Position numbers and translations under genes: made by a program. This document shows positions 37,242 through 49,782 of a stretch of 64,000 bases of DNA, one piece after another; the first letter of the stretch is position 1, and each line of letters opens with the position of its first letter. The notes beneath the pieces were generated by a model. The model was given only the letters and a program-made list of their open reading frames with translations. It had not been told where the DNA came from and searched no databases. The stretch comes from Azolla caroliniana (taxonomy: Eukaryota > Plantae > Polypodiophyta): positions 30,008,001-30,072,000 of the forward strand of contig JBHGNT010000001.1 of assembly GCA_043228905.1 (NCBI GenBank). The letters are read 5' to 3'.

Positions 37242-39284
37242 TTAAAAATTCATTCTCACTTGGGACAAGAGTTCCCTCTTGTTCCTTTCGTGATTTGCCG
37301 GCACCGTTAGGAATTGGATGTATTTCCCACCGTTTTGGCTCCGAATTCGCGCAAAAGCCGCACCGCTATCGAGCACCTTCATCTCCATCCGTGATGCCGT
37401 GATAAAGGGTTGGCCGAGGATGACGGAATGTGAAACCTCATCTTGCACGAAGAAATTTTGGTCGATCTCGACATCCCCGATCTTCACCGTCACATCCGGA
37501 CAAGCCGCAAATAGATCTTCCGTTGCTTTGGTGGCCGCCCGAATCTTCCATCCATGGTTGGTGTTAATAGGCCACTTCCCCTTCCGGTAGAACTCCTTGG
37601 ACATCAAGTTGATCTCCGATCCGTGATCAATCAATGCTAGCACGGGTTCTTTGATGTTGCTGATTCGGACCGGAGTCTCCGTAGTCACGCGTGCCCAATG
37701 TGGCCTTGTATAGTGGGAGTTCGGAATTTCATTCTCCACTTCGGTGTCGTTCATTAAAACGGTGTTCGCATTCACCCTTGGAGCATTTTCCTCCGTACTT
37801 TGTCTTTTTTCCTTCACGAGATCCACGAGAAGATCGTGGAACTCCTTCTTTGCTATTCCGAGTAGCTCCCAAAGCGAGAAATCTACCCGGCTATCCAAGA
37901 TTCTTTCCTCGAACACTCTTTTCAAGTCGGTTTGTTGTTCTATGTCCGAGGCAAGCTTGAATGCCGGAGTCACCTTTTCTTTTCCCTTACCTCCGGAGTT
38001 CCAGCTTTCCGGTATCTTCGATGGCCCGGCTGCATCCTCCGTGCATCGTCGTTTCTCGTCCACTTACACCTTATGCAATTGACATAGGGCGTATACGCTA
38101 TTCTTGTCGACAGGGCACTCCCATCCCGTAGCTTCCCGGACGCCTTCCGCGGTGCTTCGGATCTCGTTGGAGTCGGTTTTCTCGGTGTTTTCTAGAACTT
38201 TCGGCCAGAAAGACGTCTTTGCTCTCGATGACTCCCCGACACATATTCCCGCGGTTGTCGCATAGTTGCTTCTTGCTGCCAATTCCTCCTCGAGCACCTT
38301 CTTCATGCCGCCTTTCCGAAAGTTCGGTCGGAGTGGCTTCCGAGAGTCCATCGAATGAATCCGGTTTCCCTCGTAGTAGATGAGATCCCGCCATAGCGCC
38401 TCCTTATGCTCGTCGCAATCCCTTCGATCGTGTTCGGCGCTATCGCACCATATGCACCGTCGGTCCGTATACTTGGAGCTTGTGGGGCGATCATCCGACT
38501 TCTTCACCATCGTGATCTTCAGATTCTCCATCTCCTTCAATAGTTGCTCCACCGTAGATGCATCAATCCCCTTCTCGGTTGTAGTTTCCCGAGCCCTCGG
38601 TTGATGGTCTTCCAATCCGGTTCTCGGTTTCGGAATCGGTTCCGAAACCCTCTTTTCCTCGTTGGCAAGCCATTGCCCCCTCTTCGTGTATCGCGCGACG
38701 ATATCCCGCACGCTTTCCCATGTTTCGGTGAGGCCACTCTTCGTGGTCGTGTCCTCCAAGAGCACTCCGAGATCTTTCCGGTCCCGGACGTCCACGGCTC
38801 GCAAGAACATGATCACCTTGTCCGGTACGAGGATAGCCTGATCTCTCGCGGACAACCTCCCGAACCAGCTTTCGAATGCCGAAAACACATCAACGACCTT
38901 CAATCCCTTGTCCGGCGTCTCCACCCAATCTTCGAATCCCCTTCGCGTCGCCTTGGAGGAATCCTCGATGGCGAACGTCCTCTTTAGCTCTACTTCAAAC
39001 GCCTCCCATGTCGGATTTTGCTGTCGTAGCCCATGGATGCTTGCTTGAAGCCCGTCGGTCGCCACCCGGTTGAAGGACGTCACTTGCAGTCCTTCCGATA
39101 TTCCGCATCGTAGCATCTCCGCCTTGTAGTCCCGAAGATACCGCGACACGTCTTTCCCGTTGAATTGCCCGTTTCGTTGCACGAGCCGCTCCACTGATGC
39201 CGCTATCTCCGACATCACGCGTTGTTCTTGTAGCATGCGCTCGAACATCATCATCATGTTGCTAGCCTCCGGTTGATTTTCCAT
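37242..39284 (-). pseudogene. Gypsy gag-protease ORF with one in-frame TAA at 38064-66
   Basis: ATG at 39284; zinc knuckle CIWCDSAEHDRRDC; aspartic protease LIDHGSE and ILGQPF. The two track ORFs are in the same frame, separated only by TAA. Confidence 0.88.
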
Positions 39285-39300
39285 CTCCTTGCCACCCGTC

Positions 39301-39318
39301 TTCACGTCGGGTTCACCA
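39301..39318 (-). other. Primer-binding site complementary to tRNA-Trp
   Basis: Plus strand TTCACGTCGGGTTCACCA equals the remembered 3' 18 nt (with CCA) of plant cytosolic tRNA-Trp; it lies 4 nt from the 5' LTR. Confidence 0.85.
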
Positions 39319-40668
39319 ACTGTGTCGTGCCTTTCGGCTCCGGATCGTTACGTGAGTCGGGTGGGAACCGCCGAGGTTTTTGACTAGGAGGAAGAGGAAT
39401 ACAAATTAAGGCTAGTTATGAATAGTGGAAAGAGAAGTAAGATAACAATCTCGTGAATCCCACGAGTTTAGTGTATTTAAAACAATATTTAGATTATAAG
39501 AGTAATTTTGATGGCAAAATTCGTGAATCCCACGAATATATTAGATTGATCAATCCTTGTATATTAATCAACAACCTTATACATATTTCTCTCCTCCTTA
39601 TATAAAGATGGAAGAGACTAAGCATGGCTTCATGCTTTTTCACCTAAGTGTCCATGCACACTAAATGTGCATATGATGCTTTGTCATTTCCTAAATATAG
39701 GGTTCATGCACGCTAGATGTGCATGAGTCACTTTTAATGTAAATAAAATATTCACACTCTAAAGAATACATGATTTTTACCTTTTAATAAAGGTATATGT
39801 AAATAAAGGTCTTATATGTATTAAATCTATATATATAACACTAAAGATAAATTATTACAATGGTAAAGTTGGGGTTTATCTACATGGAGGTCTAGGGTTT
39901 GAATCTTGCCTTATGCACGTGATAAATTCTTTTGATATATTATTTATTTATTTATATGTATCTAAAATCGGATATATTATTTTATGGTTTTCACGTAGTG
40001 TGCGGAATACACTACGACACTGTCACTACCCGAGTATTTTCCATTAGGTAAGTCTAGTCATCTTAAACCTAATTCAAGATTAAAGAAGCAAAGAACTCTA
40101 ATTACGACTCTATTAATGGTTACATGTTGTGGATTGGCATTTTCCTCGACCCTTAAAAAAATATGAATTGAAGTTGCGTGTGGGAACATCGACTCCGCAA
40201 CCCGGTACTTAAGGTAATATGTCTAGAAATACAAACGACATGCATGATATAACCCCCATTTATAAGACCCGATAACAACACTCCCCTTTTCTCAATCTAT
40301 TCCTTAGCTTAGTTTCATTGAGTGTATGGATCTCCCACTTATCTCTTGTTGTTATCTCTCCCTAACTAACTTGCTCTCCCTTTCCTAACTTACTAGGGTA
40401 GGATAGGACACAAGTGGTAAGACAAGTTGTTACAAACCAATTAATGCAGCCAGGTTCCAAACCTCACATCATGCATTAGTTTACGAGATGCCAATGTGAA
40501 AAAGGAAGGCGTTGACTGCGGTACCCAAGGGACAATCTTATCTCTCTCAAGGCCCCACGTGTATAAGTGCATCTTGTGAAGGAACTTTTGTAGTGTTCCA
40601 TGGCTTGAATATTAAAATGGTGAAGGAGCGCACTTTATGCATAATGTAGTAATATACATATTAGATGT

Positions 40669-42372
40669 ATGATAAGCACGGGGAAATATTATGAAAAGAA
40701 GAAGAAGATGATGAAGAAGCTTGGGAAGGGAGAGATAAGTCATGACAAGTTCCAAAACGCCATTGCCTACGAGAAATCCATGGTGCAAATGAAGAAACAG
40801 GCTTTGTGGGCTGCTGTCCTTTACAAGCTCTCCCGATACTCGGACATCTGCATCCTCGCATGGGCCATCGTAGTACTCCTTGGCGGCTTCTCCTCCTCTC
40901 TCAAACAAGCCGATTTCTACTTGGTCTTCTTCTTATCCATTCTTCAGGCAGTTCAATTCACCGTCTCTTCCACCTTCCAGAGCCTCCCCTCTGCCCACCT
41001 CTTCCTGGAGAGTCACCATCCCAACCAATTCACCCACGAAGACCGCCATTACACTCGGGCTTCGTATCTTCACAAAATTGGCCACACCTCAAGCTTCTTT
41101 GTCGCGGCATCTATCTTTCTCGCCGCCTTCGTCCGTCTCGCCATCCTTCTCTCCTCCCTGAGCTCCCCATCAATCTACGCGCTTGTGCCCAACCTCTTCC
41201 CGGCCCTGCTCGGCTTCTATATACTCCTCATGATTGCCTCCTTAATGGGCATCCTCGCTAGTTTGTTAGACTATTTGGTTCGTCGTGGTTCTTCCCAATG
41301 TGATCCTGCCGCAGTAGCTTTCTATGACCACGTCTACCGTGTCGCTCTTGACACTCATCTAGCCTCCGCATACTCCATGGACTCCCTCACATTCGCACTC
41401 GCAAAGCTCAGGACGGATCACGTGCGCAGGATTAGGCCTGTTGTCATACACGCGTGCAACGCAGATCTGGTCAAGTACATCTACGAGGTCCCTTGTGGAG
41501 TGGAGATGGCTTTCCAGGACCTTAATTCAGGGGATATGTACAAGCAGTTGGTGGCAGTGAACCTGGCCAGGTTCTGGGCTAAGCAACCCAGGATGGAGAA
41601 GCAGGTCGCTTATTTCGTGGAGATTGCCAAGAAATTGAGACGCCCGGAGAAGCTGGGCGAGGCTGCAGCTGACACCTTGGAGTTGCTGGCTGAGAATTGG
41701 GTGGATTATGAAGTACTACTAAACGCCGAGGAGGAGAATGTGTCGGGCGGCGGCGACCACGACCGTCATATTGCGGTCAATGTGCCCGGCAATAGTTGGG
41801 CGGCGGCACGACGGCCAGGACGCCACCCATTTCTGGAAGCGGAAGTAGATCCATGGAGCGGCAAGACGATCGTGGATGAGCTAGTGGAGCTAGTGGTGAA
41901 GCCTTGGAGGACTTCGTTGGTGTTTCAGCTGAGAGCTCTAGAGAGCTGCTGCAGGAACAGGGAGGTTGTGGCGTGGATACGAGATGGGCGGTTTAAGGAC
42001 CAACATTACCGAGAGCTCTGCAAAACGCTTATCGGGATCATAGAGGGGCCTGCGCCCGAGGCGACCAGGGCACATTCCAGGCCCAAGCAAAGGACCAAGA
42101 TCTATGCGGCATCTGTTCTCTTCAACCTCCTAAGGCCACCAATGTCTAGTGCGGGGCCGATAGCAGAGGATGATGTAGCGAATAAGGAAAAGCTGAGATC
42201 ATTACTGGAGATGGGGACTATCGATCCGGCCAATGGTTCAGAGGCGTATGTGTGGAAGAAGGAGGTGACTTTATTGGACACGGTCCGTGGGGCGATGGAC
42301 CTTCCACCTTACAACTGGACTTCTGTGACTGTCCGAGACCCCGACATTATAACTCGTAACAATATTTTATAG
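40669..42372 (+). CDS. Multi-TM + ARM-like protein (BLE2-type), 567 aa, intronless, copy B
   Basis: Clear paralogue of 23198-24964 (WAIVVLLGGF, KQLVAVNLARFWAK, RTKIYAASVL); ORF intact. Confidence 0.8.
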   Translation: MISTGKYYEKKKKMMKKLGKGEISHDKFQNAIAYEKSMVQMKKQALWAAVLYKLSRYSDICILAWAIVVLLGGFSSSLKQADFYLVFFLSILQAVQFTVSSTFQSLPSAHLFLESHHPNQFTHEDRHYTRASYLHKIGHTSSFFVAASIFLAAFVRLAILLSSLSSPSIYALVPNLFPALLGFYILLMIASLMGILASLLDYLVRRGSSQCDPAAVAFYDHVYRVALDTHLASAYSMDSLTFALAKLRTDHVRRIRPVVIHACNADLVKYIYEVPCGVEMAFQDLNSGDMYKQLVAVNLARFWAKQPRMEKQVAYFVEIAKKLRRPEKLGEAAADTLELLAENWVDYEVLLNAEEENVSGGGDHDRHIAVNVPGNSWAAARRPGRHPFLEAEVDPWSGKTIVDELVELVVKPWRTSLVFQLRALESCCRNREVVAWIRDGRFKDQHYRELCKTLIGIIEGPAPEATRAHSRPKQRTKIYAASVLFNLLRPPMSSAGPIAEDDVANKEKLRSLLEMGTIDPANGSEAYVWKKEVTLLDTVRGAMDLPPYNWTSVTVRDPDIITRNNIL

Positions 42373-43102
42373 CGCATGGCTCGTCCCACACCCATGTTTT
42401 GTAACATATTTGGTGTAAACATACTGTAATATAAAAAGAAAACATAGAAACTTATAGAACCTCAGAGCGCCACATGTTGATTCTAGTACACTTATATAGA
42501 GATGAGGCCGTCGGGTAATTTGCTCATGTTTTCCTACATTCTGAGTGCACATATATAATAATGGCTTGCATACAATTAGTGTAAATCTCTTAAAGTTAAA
42601 AATGTTCCTTTGATACTTGGGAGGATATAAAGGTTCGTTATACCCCATTCCTATGATCATCCGATTCTCTTTATTCTTACACTTCAAGGGCTCCTTGGTG
42701 TATGCCGGGATTGTAGCATAGGAGCTGTCATTATACACTTAAGATCCCCTAACCAAATGTGCATGCTCCTATGTTTTTTTTTCCAAAAAAGAATATCCTT
42801 CCATTAGATAAGAAAACCAAGTTTGCCACAACATACAAAGTATGTGGAAAGAAAGCCAAGATACTTCCTAAAGCCCTCTTGTAAAATTCAATGGGCAACC
42901 ATAGATCTTTCGCTAAAGAGGCCAAGGAGATGGATCTATATACATCCCAACTTACAACGGAGAACAACCAACAAAGGGGGGGGAACTGCATGCTCCTATG
43001 TTTACCAAATACACTTAAAATGTGGAAGAAGTATAAGGCGAAATTATCAACCTTTTACTGAATGTTTTCCTTCTTCACCTTTTCCTCATAGAGCCAGAGC
43101 TT

Positions 43103-43106
<4 letters not shown>

Positions 43107-43150
<44 letters not shown>
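43107..43150. repeat. (CT)n microsatellite
   Basis: Directly visible. Confidence 0.95.
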
Positions 43151-43154
<4 letters not shown>

Positions 43155-44568
43155 AGCTTTGATCTTCCTCCTTGATAATCTTGTGCTTAAACTTTATGTA
43201 TTAAGTAAGTGTCTTATCCCTATTCTATTGCAAGATTAGGTTGGTTTGGCCTCACATGTTAGTAATAAAGGTATGTATATTTGTAATTCCTTTTGTTACT
43301 ACATATGTTGATTAAGTAATTAGTTGTATGTATTAGGTCGGTTAAGTCGTGTGTTAACCATATCTCATTAATAATGGCTAAAATTAAGGTTTGTGGAATT
43401 AGTGATTAATTAATTAAATCCTACTTAAAGAAGAACATGTCTCTAATTACATCTCTCCTAATGATTTGTTTAAGAGGTTGTAGATTCGCCTTTTGTTTTG
43501 GACTTCAAGTAAAAATTATATTTGAGGTCAACTCATACCAATACACGAGTGGAAAATATCAACGGTTCCGCTTTATTCATCTCTTCCTATCTCTCTCACT
43601 AATCTATCCCATATAAGTGATCACTTAACGTAATCTTCCAAATCTCCCATTACACATTACTTTACTAGATGCCATCATAGAGGGTAAGTGTTGAACTTTA
43701 TGTATGTGCTAGTAATGTCCACATGTCACCAAGTATAATAACCTCTTCTTTGGCTTTGAGGTAAACTTCATCTTCTAGACTGCCAAATGGTTGATGTCTA
43801 TAATAATTTAAAGGTGACATCTTAACTATGCATATAACATCCAACCATGAATTCTAGCTGTTATTTGTCCATACACTACGTGGTCAATATGATGATCTGC
43901 AGGGTTCAGCTGATGTTCTATGGCAATGTCAAGTGGCCTTTTAGAAATGAATGAATCCCACTATTGAGGACCAACTCACCTTGTTTGAGCAATATATAAG
44001 TTATGTTGCCATGTCTAAATGTTCAATCAGTAATTTGAATCTATAATTCAAATTCAAGTACCTGAAATGAAATCCCAACGGTTCCAAGAATAAAAATATA
44101 ATGGTGCTAGTGAATGAGATGATTCAACAATAAACTATTCTCATCTCATCCACGAATTTTGTGAATAAAGATATGACATCTACAGAAGCAATAAACTTGT
44201 TTTAATTCAACAGCAATTTTTGATATTTTGTCAAACACCAGAGACTTATCTTATATAGAATCCTCTCTAGTTGTTTAGACAGAAAACCATCACTTGGGAG
44301 GAATGGTCAAAACACTTCTTGGAACCTTAATAACTTGGAAACAGTATATATACGTATGTATGTATGTATGTATGTCGTAAGGCTAATCATAAAGCGATGA
44401 ACCTTATTTGAGTGACTATTATTGAGCACTCGAAACAAATTAGTTGATCACAAGAGCATATGAGACTGCTTTTGTACAGAAAAACACATGACATGTGCAT
44501 CTTTAAAAATAAAGCAAGAAAAAGAAAATCTTTCTTTTTCATTTTTGTTTATAATATAGCTTGAAATT

Positions 44569-47500
44569 CTACGAGGTAGTTGACCAACTTTCAAGGAAAG
44601 TTGCGAGCAATTTGGTGCCATGGCCTTCATACTTACGAATAAAAGGATGATGCTGCAAAACATGAACCCAAAAAGAAAGAGAACAAAGTAAGCATTCCTA
44701 ATCATGAATGTTGTCCTAGACTCCTAGTGATCGGCTTCCATAGAAATGCAATAAAATTGCATGCATTACATCATCTCTATATCAAATCATTAAGACTAGG
44801 CTACCAACTCATGAATCATGAAAAGAGAGGGGGGAAGGGTCCTAATGTAGTTTTTTCAGTACAATTACAACAGCAACCGTGGAATATTGAAAAACATACA
44901 ACTTTCCTAATACATTTGTCCATTCTTCCATTGAATCAATCTAAAATTTCCATACATCATCTCTATACTAATTTATTAATGGCAACTGAAGGATATTGGA
45001 AGAAATGCTTTCATAAAGTTTTTTGTTCCTAAGATAGTTTTTCAGGTTTTCCATTGAATTAACAAATTCATGCATCATCTTTATCCTAATTATCAAGACT
45101 AGATTCACAGTGGCAGCGGAGGGCTATTGAGAAACATAACTTCATAAGGGGCGTTTCTATTGTGATGCATTAAAATTTCCATGGATCATCTCTAGACTAA
45201 CCATCAAAATACTAGATTGACAATAAGCAAGGGATAATAGAGAGGGTTTCCTATTTTCGTTTCCAATTAATTAACGATGCAATATACCTAGGCTAATTCC
45301 ACAACACTATATTGAAAATGGCAAACTGCTGGATGTTAGAAACATATAATAAGGCAGTATTTCTAAATATAGTTTTTCCAGTTGCTACTGAAAAGAACTG
45401 GAATCTCAGTACTAATTCATGAGGACTAGATTCACAATGGAAACTGACAGACATTGCGAAAAATAAGAGAGATATTGAGAGAGAGAGAGAGAGAGAGATA
45501 CCAGCAGTTCTAAAGCAGTTAATCTCTTCTTAGGATCCTTCTGGATACTGTTAGCAAAACAACAAAAAAGATTAATTTACACATGTTTGTAAAATCCAAT
45601 GAAAATGTTAACTACAGCTTTATTAACTATCATGAATTTGGTGTCTCAAGTAAAACTTATAAGCATAATTCTGCAATAACAAGAATACCAAATTATTCAA
45701 GTCTCTTCATGGCAATTGCGTTACCAAATTGTTTTACATTTAAGACAAAACTATTAATAAAATCTTCACATTTGTAGTTAACGTTGTTTAGATAAAATCT
45801 CAACTAAAATTTCAACAAGAACTTGACACAGGCAACTAAAAAGAAAAACCATTACAAAAACACTATCTACGGTCTTTGCAATGTGGTATTTAGTAAAGAA
45901 TTAACTTCTAAAAACTTTCTTCACTGTCTTTCATTCTGATGCAAAACTACAGATAGATTTATGACTTTTAATTTCAAAGATTGTGAGCTACTTCTAAAGA
46001 TTTTCTTCTCTCTTTCATTGTGATGCAAAAACTACATATATAGTTTTATGACTTCTAATTTCAGAGATTGTGAGATACCTACGTATTTCAAACTAGAGCT
46101 GAGATTATTTTGGTTTGTATACATGTTCATAGAGGACGAGAATAACATACTGTTAATCCTCATCTACTGGATTCATATGGGTATGTAACATCATAAATAT
46201 TCATATATATACACTTTATAATAACAAATTTTGGTATGTATACGTGTGACAACTGCAATAATACTGTTTCTTAAAGGTCAGCTACCTAGTCATATTTGGG
46301 AAGAACTATAAGCTTTTTTCAACTGCTTCATGTCACATAAGTCTCAAATACTTGCTCTATCTCACAAATCATTTTGCTTCTATAGAAAAATATAATTATT
46401 TATTGCAGTTCAGTGAAACAGTGTGAATGAAACCAGAATAATAGATGATGATTCTTGGCCCAACTATTTATGTGGCAGATCCCGGCCATGTTATTCCCAA
46501 TGATAGCACTCATTGAGGGCATCAAAACAATATCAACTTCCATTAGAAAAAAGCGACTTCAAATGTAAATAAAAAAATCTTACAACAGTGATTACTAACT
46601 AACCATCCTGAGATGAAAGAGCAAAATTCAGGTGAAAACTGATCAGCTGGAGCAGATGGAGGAGGTTGTTCAACAATCGTCTCCAGAAGCTCGTAGAAGT
46701 TCAACCACCCCTCACTTTGACCTGGTGGCAAATATGGAAATCTCCCTGTTGCACACTCCAAAATAACTAGGCCTAAGCTCCAAATGTCACTGTCAAAACC
46801 ATATGCACCTCCATTGATACGTTCTGGCTGAAAAGGAACGTTTTCGATTGATTATATACATTTTACTTGACATGAGAAGGATATGCAGGAAATGAAAGAA
46901 AGTTTTCCTTGTGAGTACTAATAAGCACCTACCGACATGTAGTTGTAAGTTCCAACAAATGTATCTCTTTGTCCCATTGAATTCGTTAGAATCGCACTTA
47001 CTCCAAAATCGGTAATTTTCACTTCACCTTTATGATTCACCAAAAGGTTGGATGGCTTTATGTCCCTATGGATTACATGCCTGTCTTGATGGAGATATAT
47101 CAAACCCCTCAGAACCTAGAAAGAGCATCATTCAGTGGACTTATAGATGCACATAAGGCCAGCATACATACAATGATTGTTATAAAACACTTACTTGTTT
47201 GCATATAATAGCCAGATAAGGCTCTGGTATTACCCGAAAAGCTTGTATTACATCTGTTAAGGAGCCACAATCCATATATTCCAATACTATGGAGATGACT
47301 CCGTTGATATAAAATGCATGATAGCAGACAACCACATATGGGCACTGAGAAGCTTGATTGATCTTCAGTTCCCTGACAATTTGTCTCCGAACTTCTTCCT
47401 GAATGTTCATTTGGATGACCTGCATGAAAAAAAAGGTGAAAAGGAAAGCATACCAAACCAGTGTCCCCTCTAAACAACTATTAAGAAGAATGGAAATAAG

Positions 47501-49708
47501 AGTTCTGAAAATCAATAAATTAATTAAGTTCTTTCCTTCGTGTTATGAGCATGTACATGATGACATTGTGACTAGAGATCGACTCTCCAACCAGCCAATA
47601 GCCCTTTGTATAGCTATGAGAACCTAGTTCTAAGTCCAGGTCATAGCTATCCACATAGTGAACAACCATAAGACTGTCCATGAATTGATGGATCAATCTC
47701 TGCCCATTGACTCCCTAGAATGCTCCTATACCATTCAAGAAGTAAAATAACCCAGAGCCTTATTACTGCTACTTATGGTTGAGATGAGAACAAAAAGAGA
47801 GAAAAATAAGCTCAAATCAGGGTAGCATTCCTTTACATATCCAGAATCTAGACTGTGTCCAACTCCAAGATCATAGATGGGTCGCTATTGACACCTTAAG
47901 GTTATATACATTATGCTCATAGAGCTTTCTATACCCACCAACATACAAATAAGCCCTGGATGATGGCTTTTGAGAGAGTTCTCAGAAAATGAAGAAACCA
48001 CAGCAAACTTCAACCATAATCATTACCTTCAATGCGAAAAATTGACCTGTCCATTTGTGTCTTACGAGCTGAACGACCCCTCCACTACCTTTACCAATAA
48101 CCCGGACAGTCTCCATATCTTCCAGAGAGAAGCTAGAATCAGCTGTTTGGGCTACTGCAGGCTGCAATATCAGAGACGTATAGCATATCATGCATTATCG
48201 AACCTCAAACATTTCACAGATACAAACTAATTTATATTTTTGACCACCTTAAACATGTCACAAATGTAAAGAAGATCATACACTTCTAATCATCAACTTA
48301 CACTTCACTAAAATCACTTCCATTAACCATCATACTCAAAGAGAAATGCAATCTTTGATGAAACTTACAGAGGAACCTTCTGATACAACACGCAACCCAT
48401 GCTTGTTGAGAAGGAGATCTCCGTCTTGGAAAGTACCACTGGCAGTCCTGTTTATATACCATTACCAGAGAAAGGGTGTCATTTCGGTGATCAAAGCAAA
48501 GAAGTTCAACCCAATCCAACTCAAATCTTGTGATGTCTTTGAGTTCTTCTCTACCTTCTTTTGTTCATAAATTTTTATGTTAAAAGTTGTTTAATTAATT
48601 AAGTGATTTAGTAGTTAGATGCCATTGATAAAAACAACTCTTGCCAGTAAATTCCACACAAGTTATACCTAGGGGGCTTCATTGGTATAAGTAGAAATCA
48701 CTTATCGCCTTAAATAAGTTATCATTTAGCTTTAAATGATTAATCAATGAATTCTTCTTAATCCAGTTATGGAACTTGAGTTATATTCAACCATACAGAT
48801 CGCTAAGGAAGAAAAAACTATGCATTTGATGTAACTTGAATCTGATTTTTCACAGTGACTTGCATCATGATCTGTAAGGATAAAAACCATTACCCTTAAA
48901 CTCTTATATGGAGGAACATTTGAATGCTTATAAACAAGTGCTGCATTTACAGAAACAGAGGGAACCCAAATGCTTCACAATTATGGATTTGAAGTTACAA
49001 AGAAAACCAGAAGCTGAAAACCTATGCATTTGAAAAAAATACTGATCCTTAAACACTTGAATCACATGTTTAAAACAATGCATTAAAAAAATAAAAATGG
49101 AACCCAAATGCTTGAAAACTGTACTTTCAAAGAAACAAGGAGGACCTCAATGATTAAAACCAATGCATTTAAAGACATAAGGAAAACCAAATACTTGAAA
49201 ACAATGCATTCTAAAAAACAGAACAAAAAAGAGAATCTTAGAAACTATGCATCAAAATAATCAAAGGAAACCTAATTTATTGCAACCTACACATTTGAAG
49301 AAATAATGAAGACCCAAATGCTGATATCCTATGCAGTTAAAGAAACAAGGAAAGCTGAATTGCTTAAAATTTATGCATCTTGAAGAAACCAAGAACACAA
49401 ATGCTTTAAAACAGTACATTTGAAGAAACAAAGACACCCAGATCATAATAGAGACAATAAAAATGTTTAAAAAGAGCCTATTCATTTCAAGGAACAAAAA
49501 CAAAATTCGAATTCTGAAAAAACAAAGAAACCCAAAATGTTTAAACAGATCAAGAGCTAAATTAAACCATTAAACAAACACTAATGAGGGCAAAAAAACA
49601 TAGAAAAGAACTGAACTAGAGACAGGGCACTCACAGGAAATCAGATATGGGGGTTTGCTGTTCTGGAACAGTGAGTTTGAGGCCGCGAGGTGTATCTCTC
49701 TTCTTCAT
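44569..49708 (-). CDS. MKK6: MAP kinase kinase, group A, MKK6-like, 349 aa; exons 49708-49635, 48447-48369, 48161-48027, 47419-47195, 47115-46933, 46827-46604, 45547-45502, 44652-44569
   Basis: Docking site [38 protein letters not shown], activation loop [19 protein letters not shown] (MKK6-type) and HPFI. Eight GT-AG exons sum to 1050 nt in frame. Confidence 0.93.
44750..45460. repeat. Degenerate tandem repeats (roughly 120 bp, about 6 copies) in the last MKK6 intron
   Basis: Recurrent catcatct(c/t)tat..ctaa...gactagatt.aca.tgg.a.ctg blocks. Confidence 0.6.
45906..46078. repeat. Two-copy duplication (about 86 bp) in MKK6 intron 6
   Basis: cttctaaa...tgatgcaaaactaca...ttatgactt.taatttca.agattgtgag occurs twice. 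Confidence 0.85.
48920..49550. repeat. Degenerate minisatellite (about 41-bp unit, over 10 copies) in MKK6 intron 1
   Basis: Consensus approximately cccaaatgcttraaanctatgcatttraagaaacaaggaaa. Confidence 0.75.
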
Positions 49709-49730
49709 CGCAAATAGTTCCTTCGCTCTA

Positions 49731-49782
<52 letters not shown>

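Larger units (their letters stand above)
28394..40019 (-). mobile_element. Ty3/gypsy (non-chromovirus-type) LTR retrotransposon, internally deleted, interrupted by a nested copia
   Basis: LTRs at 28394-29091 (3') and 39323-40019 (5'), TGTCGT...ACGACA. PPT GGAGGGGGCGAG at 29092-29103, PBS at 39301-39318. Domain order gag-PR-RT-RH-INT on the minus strand; no chromodomain seen. Confidence 0.95.

Noticed and set aside
38064-38066. Programmed stop-codon readthrough in gag
   Set aside because: TAA with no recognisable readthrough context in an element with other nonsense mutations; a point mutation is simpler. Family alignment would decide.
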